From assembly GCA_017654855.1 (NCBI GenBank), contig CM030337.1, forward strand, positions 62,001 through 126,000: a stretch of 64,000 nt of DNA, in the 5' to 3' direction. Position 1 is the first letter of the stretch; each line of letters starts with the position of its first letter. Positions 26,301 to 39,051 of the stretch are shown here, one piece after another. The notes beneath the pieces were generated by a model. It did no database searches. It was not told where the DNA came from and saw only the letters and a program-made list of their open reading frames with translations. Made by a program: the position numbers and the translations under genes. This DNA comes from Podospora anserina. Taxonomy: Eukaryota.

Positions 26301-28553
26301 GTTGTTTTCGAAGATGAACGAGGGCCAGATGATGTTGATGGACTTTCCACGGCCGACGGCAAAAAAGTCCGGATGCATGGACGAGGTGCGGGCGCGGGTC
26401 TTGAGGACGCCACCAGGTATGTCGCCGCCCTCTTGCGACGAGATGGGGGGCAAAGCAAAGCCATACTGTTCAGGATGAGCATCTTCCAAATGATCACGCT
26501 CTCCATTCTTGAGCTGGACCCAGTAAACGGTCCCACTGACGCCTGTACCAATGATGGCTTCCTTGGGATGCTCAGTCGAGGGCGAGGTGGAGATGGCAAC
26601 GTTGAAGATGCGATCCTTTGTGTCGGTGAAGAGTTTGGCGTCTTTGCCGTCTTCTTGCCGGATCACGCGAAGGCCGCCAGCTTTGGACATGCCGTAGGCC
26701 ATGTAGGTCTCGGAGGCGGACACGAGGTTGCGATCAATCTGATCAAAGTCCTTCTTAAGCCGCGCAATGTCAAGGATGGCTTCCTCACGGAACACTGGCC
26801 GGGGCTCATCAGTCTCTTGAAGATTGATGGTGATCCAGGGTTTCATGGGAAAGTTGTACACCTTGACCGGAGCTGCGGTCTCTTCAATCACAACAATCTC
26901 GTCAGCCTCGGCGCTCTCCCAGCTGTCGGCTACAGGCTGTTGGGCAGCATGAGAACCATCCTCCACGTTATCAGACAGGTCCTTAGCGAGTTCGCTCGTG
27001 AGGGTCGACTCGATAGCTCCTCGACCATCATCATGGGCAAACTCTTGGTTCTGAGACCGGGGTCCGCTCTGGGTAGAGTGAGCAAACTCCTCCTCGGTGG
27101 TGTCATTCAGCAAATGGTCAAAGTCCTGGGCGGTTCCAGCCTGGGCTTGTTCTTGCTGAGCACGAGCGACAGCCTCCCGAGCTTCCCGGTCAACTTGCTT
27201 GGCCAGACCGTTGACGGCATCCGACACACTTTCCATGACCTCCGATGGCCGAGCGGCAGAGGCGCTGTTGGCAACAGGCGCGACGTCTACATGGTCTGAC
27301 TTCTCAGCGGCGCTGGTATGGGAGAGAGGCGACGGAGCATATTCCAGCTGACGCCTGGCGCTCTCGGGGCTGTTGGCCAAGCCGCGGTCGTTGAAGGGTC
27401 TTTGCTGATGACGAGGGAGCCCTTGGTCAGGTTTCTTTAGAATCTGAATAGTCCCGGGGACGGGCCCGGCAGCTGAAGCAGGAGCGGGGGCCGAACTAGT
27501 AGGGACTGGTTGACTAGTCCCGGCAGTGCTCGAAGCTCCCGGAGTGGTGGAAGACTTGGGGGTGCGATGTACCGGAGAGGAGCTGGAAAGGTCATCGAAA
27601 GGGTTGGAATAATTCCCAGCGGTACCGGATTGATGACCTGTCTGATGCGACGGATGCGACTGGTGTGACTGGTGGGAATGAAGCGAGTGTGGAGACTCGA
27701 CGTTTTTATGATCGAACTCGAACTCGGAACGCGAAGCCAGTGTGCCAACGAGTGTCGGCTCGGCAGACCGACCCCCAAGGGAGCTCTCATCCTCGGCGGG
27801 GGGAGGGGTCAAAAGGCTTGGTTCTTGAGTGTCGGCATCATGTTGGCTGGGCTTGGGCCGATTCAGCAGATTGAGAAGATACTGCTGCGTGCCCGCAGCG
27901 GGCGGGGCCGACTGATTCCACGACGAAGATGTCGAAGCGGCTTCGGGCTTGGTGGACTCGGCGTCGAGACGACCCTTCATCAGGGCCGCAAGGAGGCCAG
28001 TAGGGTCGGCAGCAGCTGGGGCCGGGGCATGGATAACCTGAGGCGCTACGTGCGCAGGAGCATAGTTGATGGGTGGCTCCCGAGCCGCAGCCGGTTGCTG
28101 CATGCTTTGCGGACCACCTTGACCACCGCTGCTGTTGAACTTGAGGAGGTTCAACAAATGTGCTGTCCGCTCGTCCCCGCCCCCGCCAGCACCACCACCG
28201 CCAATATGACGGCCTGCTCCGATGGGATTCATAAGGCCGGGGGGGAACTGAGAGCCGCCAAAGCCGACGGGTGGTGTGGGGGCTTCGGGCAGGAAGGCAG
28301 GCGAATCAATGGGAGCATGGCCTCCCGGCAGGTTGGGGGAGTCGGTATTGGAATGATGGCCGTAAAACGACTGACCAGCTGCGCCCTGACTGTAGGTACC
28401 AAACTGGGAGAATTGTTCGGGTCCAGGGCCGGATGATGGGCCGGGACTAGGAGAGGACTGCCGTCGGAGCTGGGCGAGAAGCGACTCGAAGTTGTTTGAT
28501 GCATCGGTATCGGGCGCACCGTTGCCGCCGCCAGGCAACCCGTAATTGGACAT
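23363..28553 (-). CDS. EDC4/Ge-1/Pdc1-like mRNA-decapping scaffold (disordered N-terminus, WD40 propeller, coiled coil)
   Basis: 1655-aa ORF plus last exon 23590-23363 (intron 23657-23591). Beta-propeller segment IDRNLVSASETYMAYGMSKAGGLRVIRQEDG ... LDKSGRVKFWDV ... NHTLQLWDL, followed by a long helical region. Family assignment is from architecture and recalled similarity. Confidence 0.78.
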
Positions 28554-29646
28554 GGCGAGAAGGCGCGGCGGTGGGGGGCCTTGGTTATCGAAGCCGGGCT
28601 CAAGTTACGTCAGGATGCGGAAGAGTGGTGTCGCTCAGATAGCTGGACTACAGATAGTAGTCGTCAACAACTGCTGTTGCTGCGATGACGGCCCCCTGAC
28701 GACGGCAGATGGTGAACGAACAGAACACAAATGCCAAAGCGAAATCGAAGGACGGACGAAAGTGTCCAAGCGCCCGAGCGAGGTCCGACAGGTCGCGACG
28801 GGGCAGCGGTCGCGGAGGGGAGAAGGGGAAGAGGAGGGGGAGGGGTGGTAGGGTAAAAAGAGGAGACAAGCAGCAGCAGGTGCAGTGCTGCAAAATTGGT
28901 GCGAAGGAGATATTCTCAACGGGATTGGGGAGACGTCCTAGGTTGCCCAAAATGTGTCGAAAAATATTGCTGGGTGTCAGAGGCTGGGGAGCAGGTGTGT
29001 GGCCCGTGCTGTAGCTACACGTGTCGCACGCGGGACACCTGGACCGTGTAGGAGGTGGTGTCACCTAGCCTGTCCAATGAGCAGCCCCGATTGTGCTGCA
29101 AGAGAAAAAAAGCAGGGCGTCCTATGGCCTAATCACCACTGGTGTTTGATATCCAACTTGAAGTTTGAAATTCCCAATATCTGTCATCACAGCAGTGACC
29201 TCATATGTAGTGTGAGTTCCGGGTAGTCGTCCAACTATGGTAGGCGTTTTCTGACATTGGATGCAGTCTTTGCAACAGCACCTTGGGAGTGCCAAGCCGC
29301 GCCTCTTGAGTCGTGATGGCGGTGATTACTTAAGCAGCCTTGCCAAGCCCGGCATCTCCAAAAATGCGGGAGGCAAAGACGCTGATTGCCTCGACGTTGC
29401 GTCGCCCGGGACCGAAAGCTCCATCATGTCATTGTTCGCCGCAAATTCCTCCTCGCATAGGTAACGCGGTAGTTCAACTCGGTGACTTGGGATTAACAGT
29501 GTCGGCCGAATTCCTCAACGACAACATTTTCCATCATCGTATTCTTCATCGCCAAACTTTGTCGCAACGACGGGAACCTCTGCCTGCTTCTCCCCAGACC
29601 CGACGCCAGCAGCAACAGGTGCCCATCGCTTCGGTAATCAATCACC

Positions 29647-30195
29647 ATGTTTTGTCTGCGCAGGTAAGCGATGACTCTTTTCTACAACCGTTCCTCCAAT
29701 TCCTGGAGAGCGACAGAACCGCGCGCTGACAATGCCTCGATCAACAGTTGGCTGCCCCTCCTTTTTATACCAACCAGCGCATCGCCCGTCTTCATCTTTC
29801 TCTTCTTCCTCTGCACCTACTTTCTCAACCGCCCATGCGTCTATTGCTCGATTCTGCTCTTCATACTCTTCCTGACGTCGTGCAACTGGTCTGACCATTG
29901 CTTCTTTGACTTTGCGAGCAACTGGTTCCAGCCAAGGCTGGCTGCAAGCTACAGTTACCTGCCCACCATCACGGGCTGGAACGCGACGACAGATGCTACC
30001 GCGAGCCCAAGGTCGACGACACATGTCGTTACCGACGTGCTGAATACGACTGCCGGTGCTCTTGCCACGGCGGCAGCGGACAAGATCGCTCAGACGAAGG
30101 TGGAATGGACGGGATTGGGGCTTGAGTGGCTAAGGAGTTTGCTAGGGAGGAGAGAATGGGAGATTGATTGCTTGGATCTCCATATACGACTGTGA
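29647..30195 (+). CDS. BC10/BLCAP (bladder cancer-associated protein) family small membrane protein
   Basis: 17-nt first coding exon 29647-29663 and intron 29664-29747 (GTAAGC...GCTGAC...CAG). Spliced product MFCLRSWLPLLFIP...FFLCTYFLNRPCVYCSILLFILF matches the BC10 pattern (M.CL.W.LP.L.IP ... PC..CS). Confidence 0.85.
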
Positions 30196-32799
30196 GGCCT
30201 TCCGAGAGGCCTGTAGTGTTGTGATCTAGAGGGAATCTGTACATTGGTTGGGTTTTGTATTAAGCTGCGGTATTGGCGCGTATACCTCTGTACCATGATG
30301 CATGGCATGGCGTTGTGTGGGACAAACATAGAGTTTAATGGCATTTTGTGTTCTTGGTGCGGCTCTGCACCGACAAACATAACAGACGACCCCCTCCCGA
30401 CGGCATTCATCGTCACATTATTCTGTACAGCTACACATGCAATTCGGTTCAGGTGCCGGCAGACAGATCGGAGACTTGTATGGAAGATCAGATGTCGGAT
30501 CTGACATTCCGAACCGATGTGGCTTTTCTCCAGGGACCCGGGGAGCCGGGCTCAACCTCCCAACGTGGGAACTGCTGGTGCAACCGGAAATCTTACACAG
30601 CAATACCGAAAGAAATGAACTTGACAGGCTTGGGTGTGTATGTATGTACTTACACGAGGCATTCCCGGGAGGTGTGGGACCCTGAAACCGATGAAGAAAG
30701 CCTGGCGCGCCTGGTGACAAAACGGCGGGGCTAACCGATGAGCTGGATTTCCTGGCACGCCTGGTGACGGCGGAGTGATGTGCCCGGGACGGACTGGCAC
30801 AAGGCAGGAATGCAGGCGGCATCAGACGGTCTTCTCGGGTCTAGAACCCGGGCTTGCATGTCAGATCAAGGACACAGCATGGCAGATATTGGCAGCCAAG
30901 CTGCCTTTGGTGGGCCTGTCCTGCTGCAGAAGCCGCAAAAAGGGTCCCGTCCAAGAGGAAACATGGCGCCATTTGTGCATTCACTGCTCCTCCGTCACAG
31001 TTCACCCTGTCATCAACCCCTCCGCCCTTGCGATAGTCGACTTTTGAAGATGTCTTTGTTGCTTGCCATATCCATCGGCCGTCGTAAAACAGCAAATCAA
31101 GCGGCACAGACACCGCAAGACAGATACAGTTGATACTCATGGTACTGTACAACATACCGAAAAGGGGTGGAAGAAAAACAGAAGGCAAGAGAAAGAAAAA
31201 AGCCCCACCGCTCAAGATGAGATACTTAGCCAACTGGTGGACTCTACCTATGACGTTGGGTCTGGTTGCGATTCATGTACGTAGCGTGCAACGTGGAAGT
31301 CCACATACCCGACTTCAGCTTCCCAGTTTCATCCCAAACCGTCACCAAAGCCCGAACCCTATGAACTGAATTTCATGATGTCCATTTTGCAAGTTGGGAA
31401 CTGAGTGCGCTCGCTGTGTGTATGTTCGCTAGGCCTCAGTCGCGTCTACCTCACCCTCGATTGTTTTCAATCATCTCTCTTTTTTTTCTTTTTTTTTTTC
31501 TGCCTTGTCAGGTAAGGTATTCGGCATTGTTCTTGACCCGTCCCCGGGTCTCCTCACCAAACGGAACCCCAAGTCCCGGGACAACGTTTGGACCCACCAC
31601 CACCAGGCTATGACGACAGCGCTGAAAGTGACGCAAAGAAGGGCTCCACACCGCTCTTAGCCTGTACGCCGCCGCACCAGGAACCCCCAGTGCCCACGCT
31701 CACGGCCAACAAGTTGAACAGCAACACGAACCGCCACAGTCGTCCACACGCATCAACATCCCCTCAACATCCATCCACAAGACACCACGCCTGCCCCCCG
31801 TCGCGTTCTAGAAGTACCTTCTTGCCCACCACCCAACAACGACCTTCGTCCCGACGACGCCTTCAGCCACCTCTGGTATCCCATCGTCATCGAACATAAC
31901 CTGTGTGTAAGTTTAAAGTCTGAATGTTTGGGTTTGCCCTGCGCAACTGTACAAAGTGTACACTACATGCTTCAGCTCCACGGTTCAGATCGCTGTTCAA
32001 GGCTTTCTCTACGTCAGGGACTGCCAGTTGCCAATTCGGGCCCGCTGATCAGTCCCATCCCGTCGTTGAAAAAGCCACATCCCTGCCCATCCTGACATCA
32101 AGCGTGCATTCGTCTGCATTTCAGACACCGCAGCCATTTCACCGCATTTCTCTCACCCCCTCGTATGCGCCCCTTTAGTCCACACTAGGTTGCCCGCTGG
32201 CTGAGGACCCCCCCTTCACCTTGCCCAGCCCCGGACAGAAATCCGTCGAACCAATTCTCGTTTCCTTTCCCTTCTTCTTTCTGTTGCACTGTTCTCAATC
32301 GGCCCAGGATTGACGGATTGACAGGCCAGAGGCCATCCCGACTCGGCAGAACCCCACACTTGCAACCACCAAAACAACCACGGCTGCTTCTTAACTATCC
32401 TGGATAAGCCACCTCAGTCCGTTTCACGTACCTGGATCCAGGAACAATACAGGCGTTTCATCGCCAACCCCACCTCTCCAGCGGGTGCTTGTCGTCCGTC
32501 CTTCGCGAACATCGTGAGCCTAACGTACCCCAGCCCAGCAGCCTCAGTTAGGTTGTGGAGGCTATCGCCTAAGGCCCGGCCAGACCTTCGGGACGTGCTA
32601 CGGTTTTAAAGTTCGGATCATAAAATAACTCACTGGACATGATGGCGGCCGTGTTATGAAGCTTCAAGGCTGAGGATTCTTTTTTTGGTACATCTAGCAG
32701 GAATGCGTCACTGGCAATTCCCTGGAGGACCAACACATCAACACCATCCACCACTCAACATCCTCGCACGACGTTCTGCCACAGAGAACAAATCATACA

Positions 32800-35700
32800 A
32801 TGCCTCCAGAACCAAGAGCCAGCGACCGGGCCGCGTATTACACGATGAAGACGACGACTGGTTTGTCGACGACACAAACACCAGGTCACTCCCGCACCAA
32901 CTCCCAGTCTTTCTTTTCCAACAAGGGCACCGGCACCCCATTATCTTCTCCTCGCCCGCCCCATTCTGTTGGTCAACAGTATCCCCCCAAGTCATCACCC
33001 GGTACAGGTCGAGGGGGTGCTATGGACGCTCGTACTCCGAGCCCAAATTACTTTGGTCTCGCCGTGGACTCTGGTGCCGACCCACGAGAATCGTCGCTTC
33101 TGCCGCACGAGAACTGGAGCACCCCAACGTCCTCGGTCAAGTCCTTTGCCGCTGCCATACCAAAACACTTGCCGCTAGATGCCAACCCAGAGTTTGAGGC
33201 CTTCAGGCGACAGATTGACGCAAACAGGGGGCGCTCCGGGTTTAGCCTCTCCGCCACACACTTCAACATCACAAGTGGAGGCCCGTTCGCTCCGACAGTA
33301 TCAACCCCTTCTGCCCAACAACGGCCTCGCCCACCACGATCACAAACCTATGGAAGTAATTTGCCAGAAAACCCGCTGCCGCGGCCATCACTACCAACAG
33401 AGTCCGGCAGCCGGGGGCCGGGGGACAACCCCTGCCAGCCAGCCGTGGAAAGGGACAGTTATCAAGGTGCGCCCCACCTCTCGACAGAGTCGAGGCTTGG
33501 GATCAAGGGATTCAAAAATCCTCCTTTTTTCCTGGGTCTTGCAAAGCCGCCGAGCCAGGAGTGGGAGAAACTCAACTCATCCATCTCCGAAGTAAGCGGT
33601 CGACCCGGCCGCAAAACTGAGACGCCCTCGCCTACTTTCAGCCAACAGACACATGATGGTCAGCAGGCAACACAAGGATGTGGCGAGCCTGACATGATCC
33701 CACCAGCGGCGCTCAAACAACTCCTGGATAAGAGCAAAGGGGAAGACCTTCTGCTGCTAGACATCAGGGTTTCTCCCCAGTTTGCTCAAGCAAGGATCCA
33801 GGGCGCCCTGAACCTGTGTATTCCAACCACCCTGTTGAAGAGGGCAACCTTCAACCTCGAGAAGCTTCAACAGACTTTCCAGGCAGACCGGGACCAGGAC
33901 AAGTTCGCCAAGTGGCAGACATCGAGTCATCTGGTTGTGTACGATGCCGCGTCCGCCGACAAGCGTGACGCGACCTCGGCTCTGAACATGATCAAAAAGT
34001 TCACCAACGAGGGCTATTCGGGAACCACGAGCATTCTACGCGGTGGCTTTAACGCCTTTGTCCTGGCGTATCCAAACTTGGTCGATCGCTCATCAAACAT
34101 GATGTCACCCAGCTTGTCACTAGGTGGCGCAGGTTCTGCAACGAATGGTACACGGACAAATGTCCCGCCTGTCATTGGCGGAGTCATGCTGCCGACCACA
34201 AACGACAAGATAGATCCATTTTTCAGCAACATCCGCCAAAACCAAGACCTTGTTGATGGCGTTGGCCAGATGGATGTTGGGGTTCCGACAGGGCTTGATA
34301 AGAATAGGCTACCGCGCTGGCTCCAGGAGGCCATCGAGATCAGCGACCATGGTAAGCGGGTATCGGACAAGTTTCTGCGGATCGAGCTTACAGAGCAGTC
34401 CCGCATGAAGCTTGCCTATGCTGCCTTTGCGAGCTCGAAAAATCACGGTCCCCAGACCGAGACCCAGGTGCGGTTGTCTGGGGTTGAACAGGGTGGAAAG
34501 AACCGGTACAAGGATATCTTGCCGTTTGAACACGCACGTGTGAAGCTTCAGGGCCGCCCAGAGGGAGCATGCGATTATGTAAATGCCAGCCACATCCAGG
34601 CCAAGCGGAGTTACAAGCGTTATATCGCCAGCCAAGGACCCCTGCCGGCGACGTTTGAGGTATGTCCAGTGATCCTTTAATTTACTTTGTCCCGCCAGGT
34701 CTAACTCTTCCCACAGGACTTTTGGTCGGTGGTCTGGGACAATGATGTACGCGTCATCGTCATGTTGACTGCCGAATCGGAAGGGGGTCAACTCAAGTGC
34801 CACCCCTATTGGAAAGGCAGGGACTTCGGTCCTGTCCGGCTTCGTCTGCTGTCTGAAAAAAAGATATCGTTGGATATTGACAAGCATCGGGCCGGATCGA
34901 CCGCCGCGAACGATGAATCTGCTCCAACCCAGTCGAACGACCACGCCTCCACCATCCCTGACGGAGGCCGTCGACGTGCCAATACCACAACCACGCTGAA
35001 CTCCAAGACACCGGGATCCCAATATGGCACCACCCAGGCGGCCGAAACTCCTTTCGTCACGATCCGAAAGTTCGCTCTAAGCCATGCAATGGAACCCTTC
35101 GCCCCCATTCGAGAGATTACCCATCTCCACTACACTTCATGGCCTGACTTTGGTGCACCAGCCCAACCAAGCCATTTGCTCGCGCTGGTGGAATTAGCTA
35201 ATGTCATGCAACGCGCCGCCCTCCCCAACGACCCTACAGTGACGACGTCACAGGCGCAACCTCGTCATGACAGCGGCAGCTACTTTGACCCGTCCCCCGC
35301 ACTCCGACCAGACAGCCTGAGCACCACTGTTCAGCGTACCTCTTATGACGCGCCTGAGCCTGTCGAGAAAAGTCGTCCCATGCTAGTTCACTGCTCGGCC
35401 GGGTGTGGCCGAACAGGAGCCTTTTGTACGGTGGACAGCGTAATCGACATGCTCAAGCGGCAGCGGCAGCAGCAACAACAGCACTCTGTGGCCGCGCAGG
35501 CGTCATCCTCGACCGTTCACCGGTGCAGTTCTAACAAACGGACATCCCAAGACGGCTGGGACGATGATGACGACGACGGCAGAGGTAAGCGTCTCGCGCT
35601 CCAGCAAGACCGAGACACAAGGGTGGATCCAGACGGAGATGTGACAATGGCCATGGATGAAGGCTTTGTCGTTCTCCCACGCCAAACGGCAGCACCGTCG

Positions 35701-35973
35701 CCTTTCACATCCCAAGCAAACGGGTTCCCCGGGTTCAGTGGTGGCAGGGAGAGCATAGACACGGCCTGGCTGGAGGACGACAGCGTTGATCTTATTGCCC
35801 GGACAGTAGAGGACTTTAGAGGGCAGAGATTGAGCATGGTGCAGAGCTTGAGGCAGTTTGTGCTGTGCTACGAGACAGTGCTGGAGTGGATCTGGAGGGT
35901 GGAGGATGGTGGTGGCGCAGGAGGGGGTCTGCTTGGTCGAGCGAGAGGAAGGAGTGGCAGTTTGGCTTTTTGA
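32800..35973 (+). CDS. Protein tyrosine phosphatase with rhodanese-like domain (Ptp2/Ptp3/Pyp1 type, MAPK phosphatase)
   Basis: Rhodanese-like LLLLDIR..FAQARIQGALNLCIPTTLLKR, then PTP motifs KNRYKDILPF, YVNAS, YIASQGPL, WPDFG, HCSAGCGRTG and QRLSMVQSLRQF. Intron 34660-34716. Confidence 0.92.
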
Positions 35974-36000
35974 TGCAATGGTGTCGACAACAAGTGGTTG

Positions 36001-36017
36001 ATATATATATATATATA
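36001..36017. repeat. (AT)n microsatellite in the PTP 3' region
   Basis: atatatatatatatata directly visible. Confidence 0.85.
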
Positions 36018-36349
36018 CAGCCGTCCAAGGCTCTGCTTGGAAGCGTAGGCTAGAGAAGGCCGGTGTTCTTCCCCGGCAGCGGCGTTCTGCAGTTTAGCTT
36101 CGGCGGCGTGGAATACCTACATACTAGGCGGAAGACTACGGCTTACTAGGAATAATATAAGACGAAAAAGACTTCAACTATAGTTGGATCACAGACTGTG
36201 ACGAGTAATGAATTCGTGCCCTTGTGGATGTGACACCTGGATACTTGAATTGTTCTAATTGTACATGTAGCAGCACTAAACAACCCAGGATGCAACCTTG
36301 CAAAGCCGCGCCTGCTCTTTCCAGTTTCCCCCCAACGCCAGACTGAAAA

Positions 36350-37578
36350 TTAACGCCACAGCTTGGCCAAAGACACCTCCTTGTCGTCGTGCTTGTTCAG
36401 AATCTTGGCCGTCGCCAGCTCAAAGTCCTCCTGGGTGACATGCACACGCCTCTCGCGAAGGGCATACATGCCCGCCTCGGTACACACGCCCTTCAACTCG
36501 GCCCCCGAACAGCCATTCATCTTCTCGGCAATCTTGGTCAGGTTGATCCCGCGTGTCAGGTTCATTTTGCGGCTGTGGATTCGCAGAATATCGGCTCTGG
36601 CTTCCACGCTCGGGGGCGGGAACTCGATCTTTCGGTCGATGCGCCCCGGGCGCAGGAGGGCTGGGTCTAGGATATCGAGACGGTTCGTTGCCATAATCAC
36701 CTTGATGTTCTTGGTTGGCTCGAAACCGTCGAGCTGGTTGAGGAGCTCCAACATGGTGCGCTGGACTTCCGAGTCGCCACCCGAGGACCCTTCGACACGG
36801 GAAGAGCCGATGGAGTCGATTTCGTCCATAAAGATGATGGAGGGAGCGTGCTCACGGGCCATGATGAAAAGCTCTCGGACCATGCGCGAACCCTCACCAA
36901 TGTACTTTTGAACCAGTTCAGAGCCGGAGACACGGATAAACTTGCAGTCTGTGTGATGGGCCACCGCGCGAGCCAAAAGAGTCTTTCCCGTTCCAGGGGG
37001 GCCGTAGAGGAGGACACCCTTTGGTTGGGCAATGCCGAGAGACTCAAAGAGCTCTGGATGTTTGAGCCCGAGCTCGATGACCTCCTTGATTTCCTTGATT
37101 TGTTGGTCGAGACCGCCGATCATGTCGTAGGTGCTATCGGGAACCTTTTCGACCATCATTAGAGATACGAGGGGATCGACCGAGGAAGGAAGCATCTTCT
37201 CGAGCTTGTAGGAGTCGGACAGCAAGGTTACGCGCTTGCCAGGTGTGAGTTTGGTGATGTCGACCGAGTCGGCAATGTCAACAACTGCACACGACAAGTG
37301 TCAGTTGTAGCTCCCGGAGAAAAGCAGCAAGACCGAGACCTACCGTATTTGCCCTCGGGATGCACCTTGACCAGAACTTTCTTGGTGCCCATCACCTTGA
37401 CGACCTCGCCCACGTACGAGCCCGGTTGTTGTAGCAGACCAAGCTCTTCTCTGAGCAGGCGTACCCGGGAATTGTAGTCATTGCGCTGGGCTTCGAGACG
37501 ACGGAGAACGGCTTGACCCTTGAGAATCTCGAGTTGCATCGACTCAATCTTGTTGTGGTAGTAGTTGTCGAGCGCCAT
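36350..37578 (-). CDS. RPT6: 26S proteasome regulatory AAA-ATPase subunit Rpt6 (SUG1/PSMC5)
   Basis: Exons 37578-37344 and 37284-36350. [12 protein letters not shown], Walker A GPPGTGKT, Walker [10 protein letters not shown]-terminus VSLAKLWR. Confidence 0.97.
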
Positions 37579-37822
37579 GGTGACAGCGGTTTATGATACC
37601 GTTGGCGGGGAGGCGGGACTCGATGGGTTGTTGTGGCGGGTAAGCAAATGTCGGGTATTGGTAGATTGCTGAAAGAAGAGATGGACCTGTAAGATGGACT
37701 GGAACAATTTGGGTAGAGCGTGAGAAATAAGATAGCTCGTCGTGGCTCGTGTGTCGTCGGTTGGAATTCAATGTTGAAGCTGTTGCCCCAGGCCGCCTCC
37801 ACTGGCGAAATCAGCCATCGAA

Positions 37823-37898
37823 GGCAGCTCAGGTCGACGCAATGCGCGCCTGGGCACCGAGCTGCCACCGCCTGGTGCCAAGCCTTGTCACAGCTGCC
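37823..37898. promoter_or_regulatory. Cluster of three GGCAGCT motifs upstream of RPT6 (candidate Rpn4/PACE-like elements)
   Basis: GGCAGCT at 37823-37829 (+), 37860-37866 (-) and 37892-37898 (-). The middle copy extends to CGGTGGCAGCT, which contains the PACE core GGTGGCA. Confidence 0.45.
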
Positions 37899-39051
37899 AG
37901 CAGATGAGGCCAGGGCACGTGACCTGCGGCTCTCTTTGCTTGTCGGGGATCGGTGCTAGGCTATCCCGTCAGAGCTTAAATTAGGTAAACCTAACTGTGT
38001 GAGATGGGGCTGTGATGTCACCGCCAAGGGATTGTCCATGATATCGTGTTGTGGGTAGGTCTTTGAAATCAAAATATGATAATTGATGGCTATTTGGAGC
38101 TCCCACAATTTACCTTATCTCAGCATGGACGGCAAAGTATTGTTAGCAGTGTGAGTTGTTCACATTAGCAGTGATCCCCAATCTATATTCGTGCCTATTT
38201 TTGAAGCCGTTTCTCGGATCATTGCCGAACGAGAGGCGGAGAACCAGAGGAGGAAAGTCAGCGAGTTCGACAGACAGCTATGTAAATATAGACTTTGGCA
38301 ACGGTTTACGGCGGCATGGGCACGGTCATGGTCCCAGGGCTGAGCCTGCGGCACATCCCGGTTTTTACGGGCGGTGGTCTGCCATTTGGAGGTGCTTGCT
38401 GCCAATCGCTAAACGGCGCCAGACCCGGCATCGCCGCACGCTGTGTCGCTGGCCAGCGCTGGAGGTTACATCGCCCACATCGCCCACATCGCGCGCTGCA
38501 GTGGATTGCAGCTTCGGTCAAGTTCCACCCCTCGTGCTGCTGCGTTTGGCGGGCACTCCCGTGATGTTTCACTGTTTCACTACAATCTGGTGGGTAGTGT
38601 ATAATGATAGACAGGAAGCAGGTGACGGAATAAAACCGCGCGTTGGGCGACAGGGCACCCTCCCACGCTGTCTTGTGTTTTGGCTGCTTCCCTCAGGTTC
38701 CTTATCTCCCGCCTGCTGTCTGCAATCGCAGCCGGTGTTTCGTCTTGTGCCGACCTGCGCCTCTCTGCCGCCATCCTTCCTTCAACTTTGTCGCGCCTGC
38801 TCCTTTTCACCAGATACTGTCCCAGGTCCTTGCCGCGACGGCTCTGTGCAACTGCCATGCAAACCGAAGCCTGAAATCGCTTGTCGTTGGTCGACTCATC
38901 CTTTTCCCAACCTCTCCAAGTCCGCCGTCTCTCAGCGGCCACCTCGAGCCGAGATCGATCAGCACCACAGCATCAGCGAGGACCGCGGCGTCCTCCAACA
39001 ATTTGCTTTCTCGCTTGTCACCACTCGGATACGCAGTACCTAGACATAACC

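Noticed and set aside
36363..37162. Long antisense or alternate-frame ORFs over RPT6 (similar cases: 21290-22336, 25005-27299, 44171-45073, 52654-53347)
   Set aside because: They are shadows of strongly codon-biased, GC3-rich genes and have no motifs or splice support of their own.
38156..39043. 295-aa ORF upstream of the Vnx1-like gene
   Set aside because: Non-ATG start, Arg/Cys/Pro-rich random-looking composition, and it lies over the probable promoter and 5' UTR.
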